Shown piece by piece: positions 38,429 to 50,361 of a stretch of DNA of 64,000 nucleotides (position 1 is its first letter; each line of letters opens with the position of its first letter). The notes beneath the pieces are model-generated. The model was not told the DNA's origin and searched no databases. It saw only the letters and a list, made by a program, of their open reading frames with translations. The position numbers and the translations under genes are program-made. Source of the stretch: an uncultured delta proteobacterium (GTDB taxonomy: Bacteria > Myxococcota_A > Polyangia > Polyangiales > Polyangiaceae). The stretch spans positions 32,001-96,000 of the forward strand of contig CAVQUB010000004.1 of NCBI GenBank assembly GCA_963716725.1, in the 5' to 3' direction.

Positions 38429-40630
38429 CTACTCACCCCGGCCCAGCTCCGAGAGCACGAATGCGAAGAGATCGGCGTATTCGTCGGCGATTTTGCTGAT
38501 GGGCTTGCCGGCGCCGTGGCCCGCTCGGAGCTCCGAGCGCAGCAAGATGGGGCGACCCGAGGCCTGGGCGTGCTGCAACGCGGCAGCCATCTTCCGCGCG
38601 TGCATCGGATCGACCCGGGTGTCGCTCTCGGCCGTCATGAGCAGGACGGCCGGGTACGCCGTGCCGGCGCGGACGTGGTGGTAGGGCGAGTAGGCGTAGA
38701 GCCACTCGAACTGCTTGGGGTCTTCGGCCGAGCCGTACTCCGGGATCCAGAGCTTTGCGATCTGAAACTGATGGTAGCGCAGCATGTCGGTGAGCGGCAC
38801 CCCGCTGACGGCCGCCGCGAAGAGCTCAGGGCGCTGCACCAGCGTCGCCGCCACCAGCAGACCGCCGTTGGACCGGCCGTGGATGGCGAGTCGCGCGGGG
38901 CGCGTGACCTTGCTGCGGGTCAGGTCTTCGGCCACCGCGATGAAGTCGTCGAACACGTTCTGCTTCTTCTCGAGCTGGCCGGCACGATGCCAGTCCTCGC
39001 CGAACTCGCCGCCGCCGCGCAGGTTGGCCTGCACCGAGATGCCGCCGCGTTCGATGAAAGCGTAGGTCGATCTCGAAAACCGCGGCAGCAGGCTGACGTT
39101 GAAACCACCGTAGCCGTAGAGCAAGGTCGGATTGTCCTTGCTGGTCAGCGACACGTCCTTCTTGTGCACCATCAGGTAGGGCACGAGCGTGCCGTCCTTG
39201 CTCTTGGCCTTGCGAGCGGTGACGGTGAACTGATCGGTGGCGATGTTCGCCTTCACCTCCTTCCAGACGCTGACTTTGCCCGAGCGCAGGTCGAGGCGCC
39301 GGATGCTGGGCGGGGTGACGAAGGACTCGAAATCGAAAAACGCCTGGCTGTCGTCGTGCAGGCCAGCGAAGCCATTGCTGTTGCCGAGGGTGGGCAGCTC
39401 GACCGAGCCCTTGCTGGTGCCGGCTTGGTCGAAGCGCTCGAGCCGACTCACGACCTCGTGGGTGTACGCGACCAGCACCTCGCCGCCGATCACGTTGAAG
39501 TCCATGAGCACGTCCTCGGGGTGCTCGGCGACCACGCGCTTCCACTTCGCCCGCTCGGGCTGGTTGGGATCGACGGCGTAGACGGCGTAGCGCGGCGCGC
39601 CTTCGTTGGTGCGAACCCAGAGCAGGTCGTCCAGCGGGAGCGGGTCGTAGACGTTGTCCTTGCCTTCGGTGATCTCTTTCCAGACCAGCTTCTTCTGCCG
39701 GGTGTCGGCCATCAGCAGCGAACTCTTGCTCCAGCCCTGGTGGACCCGCATCACCAGCCAGCGCCCATTGGGCGAGATGGCGCAGCTCGGAAAATCCGTG
39801 AACACCTTGGCCTTGAACACCTGAGGGTCGGCGTCCGGGGAGCGCCCGATCTCGTGCTCGAAGATGCTGCGGTGGTACTGCTCTTCGCCCGCCGGCACGC
39901 TGCCCTTGGCCGGGAAGCGCGAGTAGTAGAAGCGCTTGCCCCCGGGCAGCCAACACACCGACGAGTAGCGGGCGCGCGTGATCTGGTCGGCCAGGTCCTG
40001 GCCGGTAGTCACGTCGCGGATCCGGAGCGTGCTCTCTTCGCTGCCGCCCTCGCTCACTCCGTAGGCGAGGAGCGCGCCGTCGTTCGATGGCTGGTACCAG
40101 TCGAGCGAGGTGGTGCCGTCGTTGCTCATCGCGTTGGGATCGACCAAGGCACGGTCGCTGCCGTCGAGGCCGTCACGCACCTGGAGCACGGGTTGGTTCT
40201 GGTGTCCGTCGCGGCGCGTATGAAAGTAGCGCAGGACGCCCTTGCCGGTGCGACGCACCGCGGGCAGCGACTCCTCGCCGATGCCCAGCAGTTCCTCGAG
40301 GCGAGCGCGGAGCGCCGGCCGCGCGGGGACCCGACCGAGGTAGGCCGCGAGCTCGCGGTTCTGCGCGTCGACCCAGGCCGAAACCTCGGGGTCGTCCGAG
40401 CGCTCGAGCCAGCGGTAGGGATCAGCGATCTTGCGACCGTGCACGGTCTCTTCGAGGTCCTGTCGACGCGTCATGGGTTTGGGTCTCTGTGAGCTGCTCT
40501 CGACGATGATCGAGCCGAGTCCAGCGCCGCCCTCGGGGTGCGCCGGCGGCTCCGCGCTCAGCGGCGGCGGAGTGCAACCGACCGAGAGGACCAGGCCGGT
40601 GACGGCGAAGCGCACGAACTGCCGGAGCAT
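38429..40630 (-). CDS. Prolyl oligopeptidase (S9A), lipoprotein
   Basis: [29 protein letters not shown] (Ser), DTRVDP (Asp), AGHGAG (His). Confidence 0.95.
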   Translation of the reverse strand: MLRQFVRFAVTGLVLSVGCTPPPLSAEPPAHPEGGAGLGSIIVESSSQRPKPMTRRQDLEETVHGRKIADPYRWLERSDDPEVSAWVDAQNRELAAYLGRVPARPALRARLEELLGIGEESLPAVRRTGKGVLRYFHTRRDGHQNQPVLQVRDGLDGSDRALVDPNAMSNDGTTSLDWYQPSNDGALLAYGVSEGGSEESTLRIRDVTTGQDLADQITRARYSSVCWLPGGKRFYYSRFPAKGSVPAGEEQYHRSIFEHEIGRSPDADPQVFKAKVFTDFPSCAISPNGRWLVMRVHQGWSKSSLLMADTRQKKLVWKEITEGKDNVYDPLPLDDLLWVRTNEGAPRYAVYAVDPNQPERAKWKRVVAEHPEDVLMDFNVIGGEVLVAYTHEVVSRLERFDQAGTSKGSVELPTLGNSNGFAGLHDDSQAFFDFESFVTPPSIRRLDLRSGKVSVWKEVKANIATDQFTVTARKAKSKDGTLVPYLMVHKKDVSLTSKDNPTLLYGYGGFNVSLLPRFSRSTYAFIERGGISVQANLRGGGEFGEDWHRAGQLEKKQNVFDDFIAVAEDLTRSKVTRPARLAIHGRSNGGLLVAATLVQRPELFAAAVSGVPLTDMLRYHQFQIAKLWIPEYGSAEDPKQFEWLYAYSPYHHVRAGTAYPAVLLMTAESDTRVDPMHARKMAAALQHAQASGRPILLRSELRAGHGAGKPISKIADEYADLFAFVLSELGRGE

Positions 40631-40855
40631 CGGGGTCGAGTGTAGGTCGACGTCGGAGCGCCGCCGACAATAATTGAGCGCACCGGGAGTGGTTCTGCTC
40701 GCAACGGCCCCACCGAGCCGGCGCGGACCGGCGGGCAGGCGCGGCTCAGGACGACTCGGAGGGGCGCGCGGGCTGCCGTGAGTAGGTCGGCTCCGCTCCA
40801 GGGCCCTCGCGCGATGGCGCCTGCGTCGCTGTCGTCGACGACGCGCAAGACCAAT

Positions 40856-41383
40856 TTAGTCGAAGAGTCTCGCGAGCTGAAGTTCGAAACCACCGAGGAG
40901 CGGTGTGGTCAGCTGGCCTCGGACTTCCTCCCGCAACCGCAGCTCGGGACCGTGCCAGCGCTCGACGTAGCCCTCGGGCTCGACCACCCAGTACTCCGCC
41001 ACTCCAGCGTCAGCGTAGATGTAGCGCTTGGTCACCCGATCGTAGGCGCGGTTCGTGGAAATCACCTCCACGCAGAGGCTTGGCACCGCGTTGATGGGGC
41101 CTTCGTGGCTTCGGGGAATTGCTTCGAGGACAACGAAAGCGTCTGGCTGGAGGATGCGCCCCTCGCCAAACCGAACATCTAGCGGGCTTTGGCCGATGGT
41201 CACAGTGCGACCCTCGGCCCAAATGCTCAACGCGGTTAGCACTCGTCGCAGCGTTTCCTGATGCCAGAAACTAGGACTAGGACTCACGACGACCTCTCCA
41301 TCCAGCAGCTCGACCTTGTCCCGGCTTTCGGGCAGCGCCAAGAACTGGGCCTCACTCACCAGCGCTCGTGCCGAGGTTGACAT
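40856..41383 (-). CDS. Uma2/DUF820-family putative endonuclease
   Basis: ELLDG...PS..HQ, QPD, P.LCVEVIS, K..IYADAGVAEYWVV. Confidence 0.92.
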   Translation of the reverse strand: MSTSARALVSEAQFLALPESRDKVELLDGEVVVSPSPSFWHQETLRRVLTALSIWAEGRTVTIGQSPLDVRFGEGRILQPDAFVVLEAIPRSHEGPINAVPSLCVEVISTNRAYDRVTKRYIYADAGVAEYWVVEPEGYVERWHGPELRLREEVRGQLTTPLLGGFELQLARLFD

Positions 41384-41570
41384 GCGGGCAGTTTGCCACA
41401 GCGCTGCGCAAAGGACGAGCCGAGTGCGAACGCGCGGCGGTGCGCAGGGTCGGTCCGGCGGCGTTGTCGCGGAGGAGCTCCGGCGTTGATTGCGGTCGGA
41501 ACTCCCATCGCGACCCGAACACCGCTCACGATTTGGACGCGCCGCGTGCGGTGGGGCAGATTAGCGCCGC

Positions 41571-42707
41571 GTGCGCCCCCTGGTCTTGTTCGGTGTCTGT
41601 CTCACGGCTTGCGCCGCGGCGCAGCCCGCGACCGTGCCGATGCCCGCCCCGGCTCCCGCGCCCATCGCCGTGCCCCCGGCCGTCGCCGCGCCTGGCGCCG
41701 TGGCGGCGCCGGTGCCCGCGCCCGCAGCGATCGCCAAGCCCTTCCTCAAGGGCCAGACCCATGTGCACAGCAATCGCTCCTACGACGCGAGGACGCCGCC
41801 CGAGCAAGTCGTGAAGTTCTACCGCGACCGTGGCTACGACTTCTTGGTGCTCACCGATCACAACCGCGTCACCGCGCTGCCGTCGCCCGAGGGCATGCTG
41901 GTCTTCGCGGGGGTCGAGCTGAGCCAGAACTCCGCGACCTGCGATCCGAAGCCTTCGCCGGGCTACCGCTGCCTCTTCCATTTGAGCGGCCTGTTCGTGG
42001 ACCCTGAGCGCGACCCGCGGAAGGGCGAACGCATTCCGCTCCCGTTTCGTCCCGGTCGGCTCGACGCTTACCGTGCGGAGCTTGCCATCGTGCGGGAGCT
42101 GGGCGGAGCGCCAGTGCTGAACCACCCGCTGTTCCATTTCGCGGCCGATGCGCGCATGGTGCGCGCGCTGTCCGCCGACGGGGTGCGCCACGTCGAGCTC
42201 TGGAACGCGAGCCTGGACCAGCAACACCCCGCGAGCCGGGAGAGCGCCGAGCGTCGCGCTGAGGGCCTGTGGGACGAGGTGCTCACCCAGGGCGCGCGGG
42301 TCTTTGGCGTGGCGACCGACGACGCGCACCACTTTGCCGATGCGGCCGAGCGCGCGCGGGTCGGGAAGTTCGCCTACGTGGGCGATCGCGCCTGGATCAT
42401 GCTGCGCGCCGACAAGACCCCCACCGGCATTCGGGCGGCCTTCGAGGCCGGAGACTTCTACGCCTCGACGGGCGTGAGCCTCGCCTCGCTGGCGCACGAA
42501 GCGGGCGCGCTGACGCTGTCGGTCGAGCCGGAAGCCGGGCAGAGCTACGTGACTCGATTCGTGGGCCCGTCCGGGCGCGAACTCGCTCGAAGCTCCGGCC
42601 TGTCGGCGCGCCATGAGCTCGGACCTGGCGGCGGCTACGTGCGAGCGGTGGTCGAGGACTCCCGCGGTCGCAAGGCCTGGACGCAGCCGCTGTGGGCGCC
42701 GAAGTGA
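41571..42707 (+). CDS. PHP-domain (CehA/McbA-like) metallohydrolase, lipoprotein
   Basis: KGQTHVHSNRSYD, LTDHN, NHP, ATDDAH; lipobox LTAC. Confidence 0.85.
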   Translation: MRPLVLFGVCLTACAAAQPATVPMPAPAPAPIAVPPAVAAPGAVAAPVPAPAAIAKPFLKGQTHVHSNRSYDARTPPEQVVKFYRDRGYDFLVLTDHNRVTALPSPEGMLVFAGVELSQNSATCDPKPSPGYRCLFHLSGLFVDPERDPRKGERIPLPFRPGRLDAYRAELAIVRELGGAPVLNHPLFHFAADARMVRALSADGVRHVELWNASLDQQHPASRESAERRAEGLWDEVLTQGARVFGVATDDAHHFADAAERARVGKFAYVGDRAWIMLRADKTPTGIRAAFEAGDFYASTGVSLASLAHEAGALTLSVEPEAGQSYVTRFVGPSGRELARSSGLSARHELGPGGGYVRAVVEDSRGRKAWTQPLWAPK

Positions 42708-42772
42708 TCGGCGCGACGTGGTGCTGCTCGCAGACGGCAGCGAGGCGCTGGCGTACTTCGCGGCGCGCTGAG

Positions 42773-43516
42773 TCAGGCGGCCGGATCGGCGAGACCGATC
42801 TTGGTGAGTTCCTGATCGAAGCGCAGATCGAAGCCGGCGATTTCGCCGGCGACCGCGGGATCGGTGAGTGCGTTCTCGATCTGTTCGGCGCCTTCGTTGA
42901 CGGCTTCGCGTTCACGCTCTGGCAGATCGCCGCCCGCTTCGGAGCGCTTTTGAAACATCGCGGCGACCGCCCGCCCGGCGGCCGCGAGGCCCTGCTTGGA
43001 GCGGCCGACCACCGAGGAGAGGGCCTGTTTGGAGATCGAGAGCTCGCTCTCGGCGAGCGCACGTTCGAAGGCGCCACGGATCAGCTTGGCCTGACCGGCG
43101 AGACCGGACCCGCCCTCGGGCAAGAGGCCGCGGGCGAGACAGCGGTCGACGCTGCGCCCGAAGAGCAGAGCCGTGACCAGATCCCGGGTGATGCCCCGCG
43201 CCGCGCCAATCCAGGCGAGGAGCTTGCGGATTGGAAATAGGATCAGCTTCGCCAGAAGTTTGGGCAGCGCCGTGAGGCAGCCGCCCAGGCAGCCGACTTG
43301 CTCTGCGTAGAGCGGCGCCACTGCTTTTGACGAGAAGCTCCGGCCGTGGCGGTCGAGCGCCTGGCTCACGATCAGGCGAGAGACCGCGTTGCGGAAGATC
43401 TCGTCCGCGAAGGGCAGTGGCACGAAGCGGCAGGCGGAGTAGAGGAGCGCGGAGAGCACGAGTGCACGCTCGAAGCTCGGTGCGCGCTCGCTGGCCAGCG
43501 CGGTCGGTTTGGACAC
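42773..43516 (-). CDS. Hypothetical protein
   Basis: 247-aa ORF abutting the gltA stop; FVPLPFADE motif. Confidence 0.65.
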   Translation of the reverse strand: MSKPTALASERAPSFERALVLSALLYSACRFVPLPFADEIFRNAVSRLIVSQALDRHGRSFSSKAVAPLYAEQVGCLGGCLTALPKLLAKLILFPIRKLLAWIGAARGITRDLVTALLFGRSVDRCLARGLLPEGGSGLAGQAKLIRGAFERALAESELSISKQALSSVVGRSKQGLAAAGRAVAAMFQKRSEAGGDLPEREREAVNEGAEQIENALTDPAVAGEIAGFDLRFDQELTKIGLADPAA

Positions 43517-44839
<1,323 letters not shown>

Positions 44840-44950
44840 GGCCTTCCTTCGTGCTGCACTGGTTTTCGTCGCGCGGTGGCCGGGGAGCAAGGCCCCCGCA
44901 TGGAATGCCAATTTCTGGGCCGGTTGCGGTCGATTTGGCAAACCCAGGGG

Positions 44951-46606
44951 ATGGCTCCCCGTCCGTCCCCCCGGGCTCCCTCGGCTGGTCCCGCGTCCGG
45001 CCCTCGGCGGCGGCTCATTTGCCGGCTATTTGCCGGCTTCTTCCTGATTTCCACCGCCGGCTGCGACGGCTTCTTTGGCAAGAACGACCCGGGCGCCGCC
45101 AAGGTGAAGCCCGAGAACGGCGGGACCAAGGTCGAAGACGACGAGTGGTCGATGGTGCCGGTTCCCCCGGCGGACGGGCCCAAGCTCGCGCCCGTGGCGA
45201 TGGTGGTGCCGGTGTTGCCGAAGCCCGACAAGCAGGCCGCGCCCATCGGCTACCTGAGGGTCGGGGCGCGGGTCAGCCGCTCCGTGGAGCCGGTCTCCCG
45301 CCGCGACTGCCCGGACGGTTGGTACGCGGTGCGTCCGGTCGGGTTCGTGTGCGCGGGAGCTGAAGCGACCATCAAGCTCGACCACCCGATCGCCAAGGCC
45401 ATCACCACCGAGCCGCATCGCGACTGGGCCATGCCCTACCGTTACGCCTTCACCCGAGCCATCGCGCCGAACTACCTGCGCGTTCCCAGCAAAGACGAGC
45501 AATTCCAGTACGAGATGAGGCTCGAGCGGCATCTGCGCAACTGGAGCAAGCTGCGCGAGAACTGGGACGAGCTGACCGTCGGCGCCAACGACGTGCCGCT
45601 GGACGACGCGGGGATCGCCGTCGACAAGATCCCCGAACACGCCAAGCCGCTGGACCAAAGCGAGCGCTTTGGTGGCAATGGCGAGGACGCCGTTCCTTGG
45701 TGGCTCGTCGGTGAGCGCCGCATCCCCAACCTCTCGAGCTTTCGCGCGCCCCCCTACGCAGTCATCGCCAACCGCGTGAAGCGCCACACCGGAGTGGCCC
45801 TGATCGGGACTTTCGTGGCGGGGCCCGAGGCGCAGAACCGGCGCTTCGCCATCTCCACCGACGGTCGCATGCTGCCCGCCGACAAACTCAAGGCCGACAG
45901 CGGCTCGCCCTTCCACGGCCATTCGCTCCGCGATACCGGGCTGCCCGCGGCGTTTGCCCGCAAGGCCGGCGCCACTTGGTGGGACCTGAAGGAGGGCCAG
46001 CTCGAGAAGGGCGAACGCCTCGGTTGGCGCGAGTTCATCCCGCTCACCGGCACCGTCAAAATGCTGCACGGGTTCAGGATGGTGGAGGCCAAGAACGGAC
46101 GCTGGCTCAAGAGCAGCGATCTGAAGACCGCCGCCAAGCCCAGCCAGCTGCCGTCGTGGGCCAAGAAGGGCACCAAGTGGATCGACCTCAGCATCGTGAG
46201 CCAGACCCTCACCTTGTGGGAGGGCGATCGCCCCGTGTACGTCACCTTGGTCTCGACCGGCAAGGACGGCCTCGGCGAGCCCGGCAAGACGCTCAGCACG
46301 CCGCGCGGGACCTTCCGCGTCTACCAGAAGCACATCACCACGACCATGGACTCGGAGGTGGCCGATCACGAGTTCGAGCTGCGTGACGTGCCGTGGGTGA
46401 TGTACTTCAAAGGCGGCTACGCCCTTCACGGAGCGTACTGGCACGACGACTTCGGTCGGGTGCGATCCCACGGTTGCGTGAACCTAGCGCCGATCGACGC
46501 GCGCTTCGTCTTCATGTGGGCGAGCCCCGAGGTGTCCGACCACTGGCACGCCGCCTACGCGAGTGACGCCACCGAGCAGGGCACGCTCGTGCACATCCAC
46601 CCCTGA
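44951..46606 (+). CDS. L,D-transpeptidase (YkuD domain) with long N-terminal region
   Basis: VSTGK, TPRGTF, ALHGAYWH, RSHGCVNL. Confidence 0.9.
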   Translation: MAPRPSPRAPSAGPASGPRRRLICRLFAGFFLISTAGCDGFFGKNDPGAAKVKPENGGTKVEDDEWSMVPVPPADGPKLAPVAMVVPVLPKPDKQAAPIGYLRVGARVSRSVEPVSRRDCPDGWYAVRPVGFVCAGAEATIKLDHPIAKAITTEPHRDWAMPYRYAFTRAIAPNYLRVPSKDEQFQYEMRLERHLRNWSKLRENWDELTVGANDVPLDDAGIAVDKIPEHAKPLDQSERFGGNGEDAVPWWLVGERRIPNLSSFRAPPYAVIANRVKRHTGVALIGTFVAGPEAQNRRFAISTDGRMLPADKLKADSGSPFHGHSLRDTGLPAAFARKAGATWWDLKEGQLEKGERLGWREFIPLTGTVKMLHGFRMVEAKNGRWLKSSDLKTAAKPSQLPSWAKKGTKWIDLSIVSQTLTLWEGDRPVYVTLVSTGKDGLGEPGKTLSTPRGTFRVYQKHITTTMDSEVADHEFELRDVPWVMYFKGGYALHGAYWHDDFGRVRSHGCVNLAPIDARFVFMWASPEVSDHWHAAYASDATEQGTLVHIHP

Positions 46607-46687
46607 CTCAGCGCTGTCGCGCGATCAACGCCAAGACCGCGAGCGCCAAGCAAGCGGCGGTGATCAGGAGCCCGGCTGACATCCCGA

Positions 46688-48511
46688 TCAGCGCGACAGA
46701 CCAGGGATCTTGGGCATTCCGTCGGGGCCGTAGAGGCTCGCGGGCTGCTTGAAGAAGAACGACGCGGCAGCGGCGCCGCCGACCACGAGCGCGAGCAAGA
46801 GCACCACGAGCACGCAGCCCATGCTCGACCGCTGCTTGGGCTCGGGCGGTCGCGGCATCGACGCAGGCGCTGCGTAAGCGCCGCTGGACGGCATCGCTCC
46901 CGGCGACGACATCGGATTCGACGCCGGCGGCTGGATCCCCGTGGGCTCCCACAGGGAGTCTAGGGGCTGGTCCCGTCCGGCGGGCAGGTCGACGCCCGCG
47001 AACAGATCCGCGGCTTCGCCGCTGGTCGAGGCGCCGGTCCCGGCCATCAGGGTGTCGAGCGAGAACGAGTCACCGATCGCGGAGGGCAGGCTGCGTTGTT
47101 CCAGCGTCGTGTCTTCGTCGCCCAGCAGATCTGCCGCCGACAGGGGCCGAGACTCCGCGCGGAAGCCGTCTTCCATGGCCAGGGTCCGCTCTTCCATGTA
47201 CGAGAGCAGGTCGTCGACGTCAGTCGTTGGGGCTCCAGGCGGGGCGGCGGATTCTTCGTGGATCTGCGTCGGCACGTCGTCGAACTGCGCTGCCAAGATC
47301 TCGGCGTTGGACTTGTGCGGCGGTCGCGGACCGCCCAGCGACGCGATCAGCCCCTGGGCGCTCTTGCTGTCGAGCGAGACCGTCACCTCGTCGAAGCCCA
47401 CGTCGTCGTCCACGTCGCGTCCGGGCTCGTGCCACACGCCGGAGGGCACCCGGCCGCGGCTCGACGGTGGCGCGAGGGCGGCCATGGTCGCGACGATGGT
47501 GGCCTCGTCTTCGTGAGGCTCATCCATCGGCATGTCGTCGTCGTCGTCGTCGTCGTCGGGCTTGGGCGCCAGGCCTCGGGCCGAGAGCTCCGCGGCAATC
47601 ATGGGGATTTCCCAAGGACGCTTCCAGTCCTCCATCCCGTCGGCCCAGATGAAGGTCTCTTGGTCGATGCTGCCGCGAGCGTAGAGCTGCACCACTTCGG
47701 CGGTGCGCATCTCTTCGTGTTGGTCGTCCGTGAGGGCGACGGTCCACTCTGGTTCGACCTCGGGCTCGCTTGGCCTTGCGGGCACCGGGGCACGCTGCGC
47801 CGATGGCAGCGTGTCGACGGCTGGGGGCGCGGGTGCGGCGCCCGCGGGGGCCTCCAGACCCCCGAGCATCGTGCGCCTCGGGTTGGCGGTCACGCGGGGG
47901 ACGACCGCCGCCGGGGCTCCGGCGCTGGAGGGAATACCGCGGCCCGCCGGGCGCGGTGCTGGTCCGGCCGCGCGAGGCGCCGCGGCCGGTCGTGGCACGC
48001 TGGCCGCGGCCCGAGCGGGCTCGCGCCATGTTCCGGTCTTCCCGCCGCTATCGGTCAGCGCGCTCCAGTCGTTGTCGTCGGCCGGGGGCGAGGCCTTCGT
48101 GGGAGCTGCTGTCGCCGGTTTGGGCGCCGCCGCCGCGGGCTTGGGGGACGCCGCCGCGGGCTTGGGCGCTGCCGCCGCGGGCTTGGGCGCTGCCGCCGCG
48201 GGCTTGGGCGCCGCCGCCGCGGGCTTGGGCGCCGCCGCCGCGGGTTTGGGCGCCGCCGCCGCGGGCTTGGGCGCTGCCGCCGCGGGCTTGGGCGCCGCCG
48301 CCGCGGGCTTGGGTGCTGCCGCCGCGGGCTTGGGCGCCGCCGCCGCGGGCTTGGGTGCTGCCGCGGGCTTGGGTGACGGCTCACCGATTTGCGTCCCGTC
48401 GACGATGATGGGCGAACCACACCGCTTGCACGCGATCCGAACCTTTCGGCCTCGGACCTTGTCGTCGGGGACGGCAAATCGTGCCGGGCAGCTCGTGCAG
48501 GAAGCTTCCAT
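46688..48511 (-). CDS. Zinc-ribbon + GYF_2-domain membrane protein (GltJ/AgmX-like architecture)
   Basis: CTSCPARF.VPDDKV...IACKRC (MJ0042-type finger); 'GSIDQETFIWADGMEDWK' GYF_2; C-terminal TM helix. Confidence 0.82.
   Translation of the reverse strand: MEASCTSCPARFAVPDDKVRGRKVRIACKRCGSPIIVDGTQIGEPSPKPAAAPKPAAAAPKPAAAAPKPAAAAPKPAAAAPKPAAAAPKPAAAAPKPAAAAPKPAAAAPKPAAAAPKPAAASPKPAAAAPKPATAAPTKASPPADDNDWSALTDSGGKTGTWREPARAAASVPRPAAAPRAAGPAPRPAGRGIPSSAGAPAAVVPRVTANPRRTMLGGLEAPAGAAPAPPAVDTLPSAQRAPVPARPSEPEVEPEWTVALTDDQHEEMRTAEVVQLYARGSIDQETFIWADGMEDWKRPWEIPMIAAELSARGLAPKPDDDDDDDDMPMDEPHEDEATIVATMAALAPPSSRGRVPSGVWHEPGRDVDDDVGFDEVTVSLDSKSAQGLIASLGGPRPPHKSNAEILAAQFDDVPTQIHEESAAPPGAPTTDVDDLLSYMEERTLAMEDGFRAESRPLSAADLLGDEDTTLEQRSLPSAIGDSFSLDTLMAGTGASTSGEAADLFAGVDLPAGRDQPLDSLWEPTGIQPPASNPMSSPGAMPSSGAYAAPASMPRPPEPKQRSSMGCVLVVLLLALVVGGAAAASFFFKQPASLYGPDGMPKIPGLSR
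48101..48370 (-). repeat. 21-bp coding tandem repeat, 13 units (KPAAAAP)
   Basis: Plus-strand unit gggcttgggcgcygccgccgc read directly. Confidence 0.92.
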
Positions 48512-48603
48512 CGACGAAGTCGAGAACGAGCCTATGCCATGCGCCTCATGGAAGCTAGGGCATAGCGTGGCGTGCATCGCGGCGTGGCGCGGCGTCGTTC
48601 TCC

Positions 48604-49335
48604 GTGGTTTTGTCCGGGAACGACATGACGCTCTGGCACCTGTCCCTGGCCATTGCGGAAACGGCCCGGATCTCGGTCCCGACGCTGCTCGAAGGAGTCG
48701 CGGGACGGCTCACGGCCGAGACCTGCGATCGACGGCTCGATTCTTGGTCGCGGAGGTTGCTCGACCAGGTTGGGATCGAGGTGACCACCTGCGGGCTCGA
48801 GCTCGCGCCCGCAGGCGAGACCTTCGTGGTCATGAGCAACCATCAGTCGCTCTACGACATCCCGGTCTTGTTTCAGGCGCTGAAGCGTCGTGTGCGCATG
48901 GTGGCCAAGTCAGAACTGTTTCGCATCCCGGTCTGGGGCGGCGCGATGCGTGCGGCGGGTTTCATCGAGGTCGACCGCAAGAACCACGAACGAGCCCTCG
49001 CGGGGCTCGCCCGGGCCAAGACCGCGCTTTCCGAAGGCACCAGTATTTGGATCGCGCCCGAGGGCACCCGCAGCCGCAGCGGCAAGCTCGGAGCGTTCAA
49101 GAAAGGCGGCTTCCACTTGGCGCTCGACACCGGTGCACGCATCCTGCCCGTGACCGTGGTCGGCACTCGCGACGTGCTGGTCACGCTCGAAGGCACGGTG
49201 CACACCGGCGCTGCGGTCACGGTCACCCTGAGCGCGCCCATCGACTCGAAAGCCTATGGAGTCGCCAAGAGGGACGAGCTCGCGGCCGCGGTGCGCGAGT
49301 CCATCGCGCGACACCTGCCTGAACAGCTTCGCTGA
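48604..49335 (+). CDS. plsC: 1-acyl-sn-glycerol-3-phosphate acyltransferase (alternative start 48625)
   Basis: NHQSLYD, FIEVDR, APEGTRS, FKKGGF, ILPV. Confidence 0.9.
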   Translation: MVLSGNDMTLWHLSLAIAETARISVPTLLEGVAGRLTAETCDRRLDSWSRRLLDQVGIEVTTCGLELAPAGETFVVMSNHQSLYDIPVLFQALKRRVRMVAKSELFRIPVWGGAMRAAGFIEVDRKNHERALAGLARAKTALSEGTSIWIAPEGTRSRSGKLGAFKKGGFHLALDTGARILPVTVVGTRDVLVTLEGTVHTGAAVTVTLSAPIDSKAYGVAKRDELAAAVRESIARHLPEQLR

Positions 49336-49344
49336 CCGCCGCCC

Positions 49345-50361
49345 TCAAATCGTGAGCGCGGCGAACTCGGGGCCGGCCGGGATGCTCATCAGCTCTTTGA
49401 GCAGCAGCTGCACATCGTGGTGATCGTACAGCAGGTTGTGCACGGCCCGCACAATCGGAAGATCCAGGCGTTTTCTGCTGGCAAAGTCGTTGGCCGCTTT
49501 GGCCATCTTCACGCCCTCGGCCACCATGCGCATGTCGCGTTGGATGTCGTCGAGCTTCTCGCCCCGGGCGAGCCGAGCGCCCACCTGGTGGTTCCGCGAG
49601 AGCGGCGACGAGCAGGTCGCGATCAGATCGCCCATGCCGGCCATGCCACCGAAGGTCATGACGTCGGCGCCCATGGCCACCCCGAAACGAGCCATCTCGG
49701 ACAAGCCGCGGGTCAGCAGCAAGGCCTTGGTGTTGTCGCCGAGCCCGAGGCCCGCGGCCACGCCGGCCGCGAGGGCGATGATGTTCTTGAAGGCGCCGCC
49801 GATTTCGGCGCCGATCACGTCCCGCCCTTGGTAGACGCGGAAGTAGTCGTTGTGCAGGGCCGCGTGCGCGCGCTCGAAGACCTCGTCGTAGCGACTCGCG
49901 ACCAGGGTCCCCGCGGGCTGCCGCGCCGCCAGCTCTTTGGCCAGGTTCGGGCCGCTGATGACGCCGATCTTTCGCAGGCAGGTCTCTTCGCGCAAGACCT
50001 CGCTCATGCGCTTGAAGCTGCCTTGTTCGATGCCCTTGGTCGCGTGCACGACCACGTGCTCACCGGTCAGGTGGTTGCCCAGCTCGCGGGCGGTCTCGCG
50101 CATGGTGTGCGAGGGCACGACCGCGATGATCAGCGACGCGCTCTTGCAGATGCGTTCCAGATCGGAGGTCGCTTCGACCGAGTCGCCCAGGCTGAAACCT
50201 GGAAGATACTGGGCGTTTTGCCGGGTTTCATTGATCTCGCGGCAGACCGCCTCACGCCGCGCCCACAGCAGCGTGCGCTTGCCGTTGTCCCCCAAGACCT
50301 TTGCCAGCGTGGTCCCCCAGCTGCCGGCGCCGACCACCCCGATGCAGTCGTCGAGGGTCAT
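49345..50361 (-). CDS. gpsA: NAD(P)H-dependent glycerol-3-phosphate dehydrogenase
   Basis: GAGSWGT, TKGIE, SGPNLA, GAFKNIIA, GDLIATC.SPLSRN, AEG. Confidence 0.96.
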   Translation of the reverse strand: MTLDDCIGVVGAGSWGTTLAKVLGDNGKRTLLWARREAVCREINETRQNAQYLPGFSLGDSVEATSDLERICKSASLIIAVVPSHTMRETARELGNHLTGEHVVVHATKGIEQGSFKRMSEVLREETCLRKIGVISGPNLAKELAARQPAGTLVASRYDEVFERAHAALHNDYFRVYQGRDVIGAEIGGAFKNIIALAAGVAAGLGLGDNTKALLLTRGLSEMARFGVAMGADVMTFGGMAGMGDLIATCSSPLSRNHQVGARLARGEKLDDIQRDMRMVAEGVKMAKAANDFASRKRLDLPIVRAVHNLLYDHHDVQLLLKELMSIPAGPEFAALTI

